Assembly (NCBI RefSeq): GCF_000143415.4
Contig: NW_003314270.1
Location: 1,605,048 to 1,669,047 of the forward strand
DNA length: 64,000 nt
From: Selaginella moellendorffii
Taxonomy: Eukaryota > Plantae > Lycopodiophyta
Direction of reading: 5' to 3'
A program made the translations under genes and the position numbers. Below are positions 13,768-25,000 of this stretch, one piece after another. The notes below the pieces were generated by a model that worked only from the letters and a program-made list of their open reading frames with translations, was not told where the DNA came from and ran no database searches. How positions within the stretch are numbered: position 1 is the stretch's first letter; every line of letters starts with the position of its first letter.

Positions 13768-14535
13768 GGCTAAATTCAGCTACTCAAAATGAAGCTACGA
13801 GCTTGCGGCTTGCAAAGAAAAATTGGTTCCTGCAAAACGAAGAAAAGATTAAACTGTTTAGAAACGAAGATATATGAACCAAAACATTCCACCAAACCTT
13901 CTAAGCAAAGAAAAAGAAAACAAGAGAAAAACTCCACACAAACCAAACATCCTCACAAATCTGAGCTAAGTGGAAGCATCGAAAAAATGCGTGACGAGAG
14001 AGCTCGCGGGTAGCCAGCCAGCCTAGGGTAAAGCCAAGCTCACGCAGCACACACCTCTCCCAGCGCTAATCGCTCTAATCCTGCGAGAACAAGCGGTGCC
14101 CTACCAGGAATTCCCCAATGCCGGCAGCCGCTGCAGCGACGAAATCCCGGGTTACCTCATCGCGAAGCTCCCGATTCGGCCATGGCGCGCAAGCTCGACG
14201 CCGCCGCCTCGCCGCCGCCTCGCCCCCCGGCCCTCGGCCGCCCCGGCGGCGCCCGCCCTGGCTTCTTGGGCCTCTTCTTTTTCAAAAATTTGAAACGATT
14301 GATACCGCGGGGGCCTTTTTTTCTCTTCGTCTACTAAACCATTTGGGCTGTGGCAACTAAGTGCCCTCGCCAAAACCCACAACAGCAACTTCTACCCTCA
14401 AAGGCAAAAAAAAAAATTGCTGCCCTAGCCCTTTGGAGCTATGACGTTGGCTAGGGTAAAATCGCCCGAAAGGGTTCCACGTGGCGAAGTATAGTCTGCC
14501 ACGTCATTGGGGTTTAAGTGCCAGCGTGTAGGGAT

Positions 14536-15578
14536 ATGGCGACGACGACGAGCATGGCGTCGCTCGCCAGCTCCATGGCGGGGCTCTCGCTCGGATTCTC
14601 GTCGAGCTCGGGATGGAATCAGCGATTGGCGCCGCTGCAAGCCTCTCCGGCGGTGAGTTTCTGGCTGCATTGCGCGTGATTCCGTGTGTGTTGGTCCAGA
14701 TTTTGCCCATGGATTGCGCGGTGGCGGTGTGTTGTGCTTTGCATTGTTGTCGCGAGAATGTCTCAGGGCCTGGTTGGGAATTTCATGTTTTGGAGATCGT
14801 TCTCATCGCATCGAGCTCGGGAAGCTGAGATTTTTTTTTGTGGAAATGTGCTCCAGGGTGGAAGGCTGGCATCCAGACCATGCACGATCACAATGACGGT
14901 AAGCTCTGCTCTCGCAGCAATGTTTTCTTCTTTCTAGCTGATCAAAGCTTCTACTTGTATGCAGATAAGAAAATGGGAGCTTAAGAAGCTCAAGGAGAAG
15001 AAGAAAATGCACGTCCGCCTGGGCGACACAGTGAAGGTGATCTCCGGCAGCGACAAAGGCAAAGTTGGAGAAGTCACGAAGCTCTACCGCAAATGGAGCC
15101 GGATCATCGTCAAGGACGTAAACATGGTGACGAAGCATATGAAGCCCAAAGAGAAGGGCGAAAGTGGCCAGATCCTTCAAGTAAGCAAAGATCAAACGTT
15201 TCTCTCCTCGCGGCTTCGAATCTCTCCTCTCGAATTGAAACTTTGCTCTTTGCAGCTGCAAGAACTTGACTCTTTCTATCTTTCCTTGCTCGCAAGAGTT
15301 TTGACCCCTTTTTTTTCTTTTTCTTTTTTTTTGTTCAGGTGGAAGCTCCAATACACAGCTCCAACGTCCAGCTCTATTCCATCAGTGCCGAGGTTGTGAG
15401 CCGTGTGGGACACAAGGTCCTCGAGGATGGAACTAAAGTTCGCTACTTGATCAAAACCGGGGAGGTCATTGATTCTATTGAGCGCTGGAAGAAACTTCGC
15501 TTCCGGGACAAGGACAAAGACAAAGACAAGGATTCCAAAGCCGGGGAGCAAAAGAAATCCGACGGCGATAAGCAATGA
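14536..15578 (+). CDS. RPL24: Plastid 50S ribosomal protein L24 (uL24c) with transit peptide, 4 exons
   Basis: Exons 14536-14652, 14857-14898, 14965-15180, 15339-15578. Ser/Ala-rich transit peptide; KOW motif [23 protein letters not shown]; EAPIHSSNV; [21 protein letters not shown]. Confidence 0.93.
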
Positions 15579-16460
15579 CGATTGGAAAATCTGGTGGACA
15601 TTTCAGTCCGTAACTTTCCAGGGAACAAGCACACATCGTAATCCAAGGCTTTGATTAATTAAATGTGGTTAACAGCCATAGCGATGGGTTTTTCCCAATT
15701 ATACGAACGCGATGAATCGATGTTTCTTCTCAGCTCTGCCATGTAACTGCGAAAGGCAAAACTCTTTCAGGGAGATCTTCATGGAACTTTCCGACTTACA
15801 TGACTTCTGTGAGCTTGATCCTCCAGGGGGAAAGCCTTGGACGGAGTTGATCTCATGAGCTCCGGATCGAGTCTCCAGCGTCCTTGAAGCAACCAAACGA
15901 AAAACAGGATTTTGATCTTCAAAAGTATGAAACGAAAGAGAAAAACTCTCTCCTTCTCACCGACTTCCTTGAAGAGACTCCTTCACTGCGAGGCTGTTCA
16001 TCCGCTCCAGCTTATCCTGCCGCGAGACACAAACGAGGAACTCATAATCTAATCCTCGAAGGAAAGAAGGAAATCATCCATCACGAACTATGGACAAGGA
16101 AAAAGAGGAACCATACCTTTTCATCTTTGCAACGATTCATTTGACGTTAATGACCGCTGCTTCTAGATGTCGAGTTCGTGATCTTAGCTGTGGTGGTACA
16201 GGCCTGCAAAGATTTACGACCAGGTGAGATTTACGAGAAAACAGAGACAACCACCTCCAAAGAAGAGTGGAGTGACAGGAAAAAGCTTATCTCAATCGAG
16301 AGACCGTGCCGCTGAAACTTCCCGACAACGCGAACCCTCTGGAAATCCAATCTATAGGTTGCCTCAAACCAAGAGATGTTGCGCGTAAGTCCCGGACTGT
16401 GGCGTTGTAGATGCGGGCTTGTCGTCGCGAGCCATGCTCACTTGCTCAAAGCTGGACAAT

Positions 16461-16542
16461 GTGGATGTGCCGGAGTGGTTATCGGGCATGACTCGAAATC
16501 ATGTGGGCTCTGCCCGCGCAGGTTCGAAACCTGCCATCCACG
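16461..16542 (+). tRNA. tRNA-Ser-CGA: tRNA-Ser(CGA)
   Basis: Acceptor stem GTGGATG/CATCCAC, D-arm, anticodon arm CATGA-CTCGAAA-TCATG, long variable arm GGGC-TCT-GCCC, T-arm GCAGG-TTCGAAA-CCTGC, discriminator G, TTTTT terminator at 16548. Confidence 0.95.
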
Positions 16543-16568
16543 TAGCCTTTTTCGCCTAGAGGCCTGCA

Positions 16569-17360
16569 TTGAGCGCGATGGCGGTGTGTTGTGCTTTGAT
16601 CTCAGGGAGTTTCATGTTTTGGAGACCGTTCTTATCGCATCGATATCGAGAAGCTGAGAATTTTTCCTTGTGGAAATGTGCTCCAGGGTGGAAGGCTGTA
16701 TCCAGACCATGCACGACCATAACGACGGTAAGCGCTGCTCTCTTCTTTCTAGCAGGAACTTTTCCTGATCAAAGCTTCTACTTGTATACGGAGCTCAAGA
16801 AGGTCAAGGAGAAGAAGAATGTGCGTCCGCCTCTCCGGCAGACAAAGGCAAAGCAAATGGAGCCGGATCATCGTCAAGGACGTAAACATGGTGACGAATG
16901 AAGCACATGAAGCCCAAAGAGAAAAGTGAAAGCGGTCAGATCCTGCAAGTAAGCAAAGCTCAAACATTCTTTTCTCTCCTCGCAACTCTTCCCCGTAGCT
17001 TCGAATCTCTCCTCTAGAACAGAAATTTTGACTATCTTTTCGTGCTCGCAAGAGTTTTAACTCTTTCTATCTTTTTTTTTTTCAGGTCATTTCATGTCCT
17101 TTGTGTTCTAGATGTGTAAGATGCTCGGCCTGCATTTCTGAGGTTTCAAGAGCTTGCTTCCACTCCCTACTAAATTTCTCTTCACATCCAGCTTCTATGA
17201 ATTACTGGGAGAACGTTCTAAAGTTCTAGAGAAACATTGTGAGCCGTGTGGGAGTCAAGGCAAGATTCCAAAACCGGCGAGGAAAAGAAATCGGACGGCG
17301 ATAAGAAACGACGATTGGAAATTCTGGTGGACATTCCACTCCGTAATTCTCCAGCAAATT
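16569..17360 (+). pseudogene. 5'-truncated, internally deleted duplicate of plastid RPL24
   Basis: Colinear with RPL24 from intron 1 (GGCGGTGTGTTGTGCTTT) through the 3' UTR, introns retained. Lacks exon 1 and has deletions/frameshifts in the KOW exon and last exon. Confidence 0.88.
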
Positions 17361-17505
17361 TCAGACACTCCCTTGTATATTCGAATCTGCTCATACCGAA
17401 AACAACCAAGGAAGATCTGGGCCGTCCATGCGAGAAAAGGGGGTCAAATAAACCCCTTTACCCTAGCTATTTTCTCCAGGGGTTGAGCTGAGCGAGAGGA
17501 ACACA

Positions 17506-18931
17506 ATGGCGCTGGAAGACAGTCGTCGATCCAGTGCGCTGCCATCGTTCCTCTACAAGAGCAAGGGATTCAAGGCGCCAGCTCCGGCGCCAGCACTAGT
17601 TCCCGCCGCGGAGCCGCGGATCAATGGCGGCGGCGGCGGCGCTCTCCAATCTTCCAGGTTTCTCATCCCATCCCCAGACGAGTCGAAAAAGATCGCGATG
17701 TACTCGCCGGAATTCTATGCGGCGTGCACTGTCGGGGGGATTCTTAGCTGCGGCCTCACTCACACGGCCGTGACGCCTTTGGACATGGTCAAGTGTAATA
17801 TGCAGGTAAGCTCGATTTTCTGGTTTAAAGCGTGTGGCTGATGAATGGATTCTTTGCTCAGATCGATCCCGCCAAGTATAGATCTATCGGCAGTGGATTT
17901 GGGGTTTTGTACAAGGAGGCTGGCCCCAAAGGTTTGTTCAAGGGATGGGTTCCGACGCTGTTCGGATACAGTGCGCAGGGAGCTTTCAAGTTTGGGCTCT
18001 ACGAGTTCTTCAAAAAGTACTACTCGGACTTGGCCGGAGAGGAGAATGCGTACAAGTACAAGACTTTCATTTACTTGGCCGGATCTGCCTCTGCCGAGTT
18101 CTTCGCCGATATTGCGCTGTGCCCGATGGAGGCCGTCAAGGTCCGGGTCCAAACCAAGCCCGGATTCGCTAATGGGCTTCTCGATGGCCTGCCAAAAATC
18201 ACGAGGGCTGAGGGCGTTCCTGGGTATGTTCTTGTCCTTTTTCTTTTCTGTTCCTTTTTAACACCAGCTATTTCTGTGCTCAGACTTTACAGAGGACTGG
18301 TGCCTCTCTGGGGACGCCAAATTCCATGTAAGCTATCCAACTCTCGAACGCAAACACGACGAAAGAAATGGTTTTTGCTGACTTGTTTGTGACAAATTCT
18401 CGTTTCTGGCAGACACGATGATGAAGTTTGCATGCTTTGAGGCCACGGTCGAGGCGCTTTACAAGTACGTTATTCCCAAGCCCAAGGACGAGTGTAGCAA
18501 GGTGGAGCAGCTGGGTGTTAGTTTTGGTGGCGGTTACATTGCTGGAATTTTTTGCGCTATCGTCTCGCACCCTGCTGACAACCTTGTCTCGTTCCTCAAC
18601 AATACCAAGGACGCAACCATTGGCCAAGTCTGTATCCTTGTTTGCTTCTTGTTCTTGCGCTTATTTCGTTATCTTTTGCTCCAGGCCGTCAAGAGCATGG
18701 GCCCGGTGGCTCTCTTCACCCGGGGGCTACCGCTGCGTATCGTGATGATTGGAACACTCACTGGAGCACAGTGGGGAATCTACGACGCCTTCAAAGTCTT
18801 CGTTGGACTGTAAGTTTCTCGCTCTCATCTCTTGTGGGGAAATCTCAAATCTCTATTCCAGGCCGACCTCTGGAGGAGTTTCGAAAGCTCCCGAGCAGCT
18901 AACCACGCCGCTACCACTTCCCTCCGCCTAA
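17506..18931 (+). CDS. PHT3: Mitochondrial phosphate carrier (PHT3/MPT, SLC25A3-like), copy 1, 6 exons
   Basis: Exons 17506-17805, 17862-18223, 18284-18327, 18413-18627, 18685-18809, 18862-18931. Motifs CGLTHTAVTPLDMVKCNMQ, GYSAQGAFKFG, ADIALCPMEAVKVRVQT, PLWGRQIPYTMMKF, SHPADNLVS, RIVMIGTLTGAQW. Confidence 0.95.
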
Positions 18932-20436
18932 GGGCAAAGGATTCTTTTATGGCGAGACGAAAGAAAGGACCAAGTTTTGCTCTTCATACCCCCCCACCCC
19001 GGATAACTTATTGATGATGAACCTTTTGAATACTCCTATATATTGATCATATTGGTGCATTGTTTGGTAATAAAGCAAGAGTCTTCTTAATTGGTTTTTT
19101 GTTTATCTCTTAATGGTTTTATTCTCCAATATACAACAGTTCATTTCAGTCTCACAGTGCCTGGTGTTCAGCATCCAATTCCTAGATTCACTACAGTTGC
19201 AATTGTGGTCCTTTGCTCTTCTGAATGGCAAGTGCTTGCATGTCTGTTTTTTGTTGTTCTTCCTCTATCGCACCCAAGAAATCACAGAGCTCAGTGGAGC
19301 ATTAATTGGAAAAACAGCATTAAATATCAATGGTGCAAATAATACAACTCTAATATTTTTCTAAAAAATATTAATAAAAAAGAAATTCAAAAATAAGAAT
19401 TTATAGAAATATCATTCTGTGAGGTCCAAATGAGGTCCAAGTGTATAACTACGATACCATATACTAATATTAGTGTAGTAGGATTTTGGTAGCGATCGGA
19501 TTGGTTTCAATTTGGATTATTCACTTTTGTATATAAGTTAAGATTTTTGGGTTAATTGATATGTATATTTTTTATATTCCTTTTTTATACTCCATACACT
19601 CACATTGGTAAAGTTGAGGGGTATTTTTGATTGTCCCTAGGGAGTGCTTGGATTTAAGGTTTTTATTTAGATTTAGCTTTTGTATTGTTTAAATTTAATT
19701 TTGTTCCTTCCTTTCAAGATTTTGGTTTAAATCTAGCTTTTGCATTGTTTAAATGTCTTTTTCCTTCTAGCTTTTTTCATTTCTTTTCTTTTTGCTCTTT
19801 TCTTTTTATTCATCTTTATGGCAAAGCAGTAGTCTCCTCCTCTTTTAATTCTAGAGTAGCAGTTGGTGCAATTGCTTAATACTATGCAATTGCAATTGAA
19901 CAACCAAACTCAGTGGATGGCAGCATTTACGGCATGTGGTATAGCTCCTTCTACAAATCCTCACATTCGGCCGAAGTTCTTTCATGGGAATCCTAAGGAT
20001 GATGTGTACCATTGGTTCAATCACTTCACAGTGATTGCCATATATCATTCTTGGAATGATGCTTGACATTTGCATGAGTTTCTCATATGTTTCCAAGGGA
20101 TGGCATGTGGTATAGCTCCTTCTGCCAATCCTTATATTCGGCCGGAATTCTTTCGTGGGAATCCTGAGGATGATGTATACTATTAGTTCACGGTGATTGC
20201 CACATATCACATGATTGTGATGATGCCTTCCAACAATTGCATCGTCTTCATTAAGGGCCATTTGAGTCGATGATGCAATTTGGCATTTTTTTCTTATGCC
20301 CTTTACTTGGCATAAGATTATTAAGAGCCATTTGAGTCAATGATGCAATTTAGCATTTTTTTCTTATGCCCTTTACTTGGCATAACATTATAAGACATCG
20401 CCTCTTCCATTTCTCGTTGCATGTCTTTCAACTTCA

Positions 20437-20920
20437 TTTAAGATCCTGAATTTGGACTTCCCGAAAGGTCACCCAGCCCAGTACTATTCAAACCCAAAGA
20501 CACTTAACCCCAAGTATCCCAAGACCCTTAATCAATTGGAAAAGGGGGTGCATTATTATTCATGGGCCTTTTCCCTTTATATTTGAATCCTATGGACTGT
20601 TTCTCAAATCGTTCTCTTTGGTTACTTACAATCCACCATATTTCCCTGCAAGTTCACGCCCTTATGAACGGAAGCTGAGAGCCGCAACTCTCCCGAGAGC
20701 CTCGCTCTCTTGACACCCTACCTTTCGGGTCGAGCCCAGTGGGAACGACTCGAGAGATGATCCATGGGGTTCAAATATAAAGGGAAAGGGCCCATGAATA
20801 AGAGTATACCCTTTTTTCCAATTGGTTAAGGGTCTTGGGATACTTGGGGTTAAGCATCCTTGGATTTGAATAGTACTGGGCTGGATGACCTCTCGGGAAG
20901 TCCAAACTCATGAGCTTACA
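20437..20920. mobile_element. Inverted (head-to-head) Cassandra-like TRIM dimer
   Basis: Minus-strand LTR 20437-20630 with PPT-side internal region 20631-20740, then a plus-strand LTR lacking its first ~15 bp (20741-20920). Flanked by CTTCA / CTCCA. Confidence 0.85.
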
Positions 20921-22090
20921 CTCCACTTCATGTGGGAAATGGTCCTGTTCTAGTGAAGGTTGATGTTCCTGCTGTTCAAGTTCAAGGACAAGGGTGAGAA
21001 CGTGGTCGTGGCCATGATGTTTGCTGTTGGTCATGTGATAAATTTGGTCACACTTTTCGATGTTATCGGCATTTTTTGGATTGGCAGTCATCATTTCCTG
21101 AGTGGAGACCTCGGCGTCAACAATGTCCTGTTGGTGCTATTATAGTGGAAGGTCTGAACACCAAGATGCATCTGGGAAATGAGGAGTCGCACAAGTAATA
21201 GAGGGATCTTGCGTGAATAAGTTAGTGACCCCTCTATCTTTCTTTCGAAAGTGTCATGAAGAGGTTCACTCGGCATCAATTCACTTAGTGTTTACTTTCC
21301 AAACTTATTTTTATAACAAGAGGTTTCCTATTATTCTCTCTATATTTGGTTGATACAAGTTTGAGTTTATCTTCTATTGCTTGACTTATTCTCACATATT
21401 GCTATCTATATTTGCATTGTGCAGTAGAGCCAATTTTCATTCTTTATCGCAACGGTTGTACACATGCATATACACGGGATGAGGCAGACCTAGTTGTGCA
21501 TGTGGGTGATCTCGAGCTTGGGTTGCAGTCATTGTAGGTGGTGCTAAGTCAAGCTTTTAACCTCATCCTTGGTATGGATTGGTTGCAGTGCAATCATACC
21601 AAATGTGACTTTGATGCTTCTCCCCCTTATCTTATACTTTTTTATATTTCATCCATTCCTCTCACTTTTTTACCTCTTTGTCCTTTTGCTTCTACTTCTA
21701 CTTAAATTACTTTTGTCTCCTCATTACTTCCTTATGTGTTTCTGTTTTGTTCTACTCTTCCCTTTTCCAATCCCTCCGACGTTCTTTGTGTTGTAATGGT
21801 TGACCGGCTCATGAAGGAGTATGCTGATCTCTTTGAATTTGACCTATCGTTTGGGGCCAAGATTGCTACACATCATTTGATTCCAACCGGGGATGCTCGT
21901 CCAATCAAGATTTTTGTTCATCACTAGTCACCCAAAGAGATCAAGATTTTACATATAAATGTCAAAAAGATGTTGGAAAAAAGTGTTATTCAAAAGTTAT
22001 GAAGTTCTTGGGTATGTTTGTGACAAAGCCTAATAGGAGTATTCGTTTCTACATCAACTATCATCTGTTAAATGAAGATCCCTTCGACGA

Positions 22091-25000
22091 ACATTTCAGA
22101 ACACCATGGCTTTACGCGAGCCTCGTGGGTACTCTCCCTGCTTTCCATCTTTGGGTGCTCTAGCCATGGGTTTAGAGTGAGGTTCCGTTGAGCCATGCCA
22201 GATATCCAACTAAGTAGTGCCACCCACACTTGGACTGAGAGCATCGATCATTCGATCTCTCGGGGGAACTAGAGCCGGCTCTTGAACACTTCACCAAGCT
22301 ACCCCACTTGATAGTCCGTATTCACTTTAGCTTTGGCCCTCCTAATGGCTATCCCATCACCCAACACCTGGGTACAGCCTTCCTAGGCCAAACTGGCTTT
22401 TCCTAGCCAAACTAGCTCCACTAGAGTCCTCCCCCTACTATACTTTTGGAGCTCACCAAACCTCCTAGGGTCTGGGAGATGAATGCTTTGGGCTTTCACC
22501 CTCTCAGACTCGGACTTGAACTCAGACTCGAACTTGGTCTCGGCCTCGGCCTCGGTCTCAGTCTCAGTCCCGGTCTCGATCTCGGTCTCAGCCCCGGTCT
22601 CGGTCTCGGTCTCGACTTCAGACTCCATCTTGGGTCCTTCTCGGACTCCATCTCAGATTCCATCTTGGGTCCATCTCAGACTCCATCTTGGTCCATCTCG
22701 GATTCCATCTCGAACTCCATCTCGAGTCTATCTCGGACTCCATCTCGAGTCCATCTCAGACTCCATCTGGGACTCCATCTCAGGTTCATCTTAGACTCCA
22801 TCTCGAACTCTATCTCAGGTCCATCTTGAGTCCATCTCGGACTCCATCTTGGACTCCATCTCGGTCCATCTCGGACTCCATCTTGGACTCCATCTCGGTC
22901 CATGTCAGACTCCATCTCGGACTCCATCTTAGACTCCATCTCAGACTCCATCTTGGACTCCATATTGGGTCTATCTCGGACTCCATCTTGAACTCCATTT
23001 TGGACTCTATCTCGGTCCATCTCGGACTCCATCTCGGACTCCATCTTGGACTCCATTTCGGACTCCATCTCGGTCCATCTTGGAGCTTTTAGTCCAAATG
23101 TGTTACGCTTGTTTGGCTTTCGATTTGGCCACTACCACGTGGCACCTTTTCAGCTCCACTTTGGGGCTTAGGGATTTGTGTCTCACAACTCCATCACCCA
23201 TAGACGAAGTTCGATGTCCTCATCGAACAATAAACCATTTTGTAAAGTAACACCAGCATGTATTACCTTTTCCATCCTTGGCACTTAGCCAATATTCATC
23301 AATGGTTTGACACCAAAGGCCTGCCATGCCTTGTCCAGCCTCTAAGAAGTATAGTGTCTCTAACATAAAGACTTATTTGACCACCTTAGGTGGTTCTCTC
23401 CTTTTTATTGGTTTAACTTTCCCTAAATCCATTAGAAACATCTTCTCTAGTTCAATCCCACCACTCATTCTCGAGTAGTTTTAACTTCTATTGACATAAC
23501 CAATTCACCTTGGAACTTTTAATTTTGACTTCTCGAAGTCAATTTCTTTGGTGTCTCCAACACCTTTTATTGCACATATTGTGCAACTTCACTTCCCCAT
23601 CCTAGGAAGTTCTCCACTTGAGGGCACCATCATCCTCCTTTTTTTTATGCCACTTTTGGCACCAAGTTCCAGGTATCGTAAGTTGTGCTAGAGTTGTCCA
23701 CGGACCTATCATTTGGCCACTTTGCCGCTCCCTCCCTTGGAGCTTTCATATTTGCCAACTTGGAGCAATTGGGAATCCATCCTTGGAAGCACACTTCCTT
23801 TCTCACCATCCGTTAACATTCAACACATTGTGTTCCATGTTTAACTTTGTTATTTGGATTCCTTTTAATGAACTCCATGGCCCACACTTGGCCATTAGTC
23901 TTTTGCTTTTATCCATTGATTGTTGCACTAAGCAACATAGGATCCCTACCTCCATTCTCAAGGTATCTTTTTGGTTCCATAGCAAAGGCTCTACTTTGCT
24001 AAGTCCAAAGGATGTTCACCACTAGTAGGTCTTTTTAGCATTTTTTGCTACGGGCTTTGTCCACGGCCCAACTTTGCAACCCTCCCATAAGTATCTCCTA
24101 GAGACTATTTTCTTGGACTTACTATACTATCGTATTGGCATAACTGATTTCCCTTTAGGTGTCCTTCCCATTTGGTCACCTTGACCAAGCCACACCATTA
24201 TCAATAGTTCAACTCATTTGATCGTTGCCAAGGGTATCTTCTACACGAACTGGACACTCCTGAGAGTTTATTTGAAGTCCTGGAAAGAAGTTCATGTTAA
24301 AAAAGTTTAGACCATTACTGCACTCATCTTCCTGCTCTGCAACTCGATCGGAGCAGCCTCATCACCAAAGAACTGAAGGCTGAAGAGATTCCTTAACCCA
24401 AACAAAAACTTTGTTCTTGTTTAGCTACAAGATCACCTAATGATCTCATTTTGACCCCTTAACAAGTTTACCAATAGGAACTTGGTCTTCCAGACCCTTT
24501 TAAATTGTTGACTATGACCCTGGGGGCATCCCCCACACTTGGCGGTGCGCCCAAGCTAGCCCTTTCGGCTAAGGATCCATAGTAACTGAGACTAGGTGTC
24601 CCTATCTCATTCACCACGTCCTTGGTGCCCTTTGCACCAAAGTGTTCAAGTTAGATATGTTAAGCTTTCACTCTAAGCAATCTAACTGTGCATCATGGCT
24701 CCGAAGCATCCCCCGCTTGGCAGTGTGCCTAAGCCAGTCTCCTTACTGAGAGTCCATGACTACTAAAATATGAGTGTCCTCATATTCCAAACCATCACCA
24801 CGCCCTAATGATTTGGGATTCAAACCCAAGCACTAGAGGGTTGGGACTCGAACCCAACCTCCATATATGCATCTATGGATGGCATCACTTTAAATGCCTA
24901 GCATAACTCCCCACACTGGTGCACCGATTTATATCCAAAGCATGTTACGGATCATAGCTTAGGAACCTAGTCCCTCCAAATTGCCAAATCCCCTCACTGG

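Noticed and set aside
19413-19417. TSD for element A
   Set aside because: Flanks CATTC vs ATTTT give at best a 4-bp match with one mismatch; not relied upon.
22500-23085. Regularly repeated short units resembling a CRISPR array
   Set aside because: No unique spacers, no cas genes, eukaryotic context; it is the LTR minisatellite.
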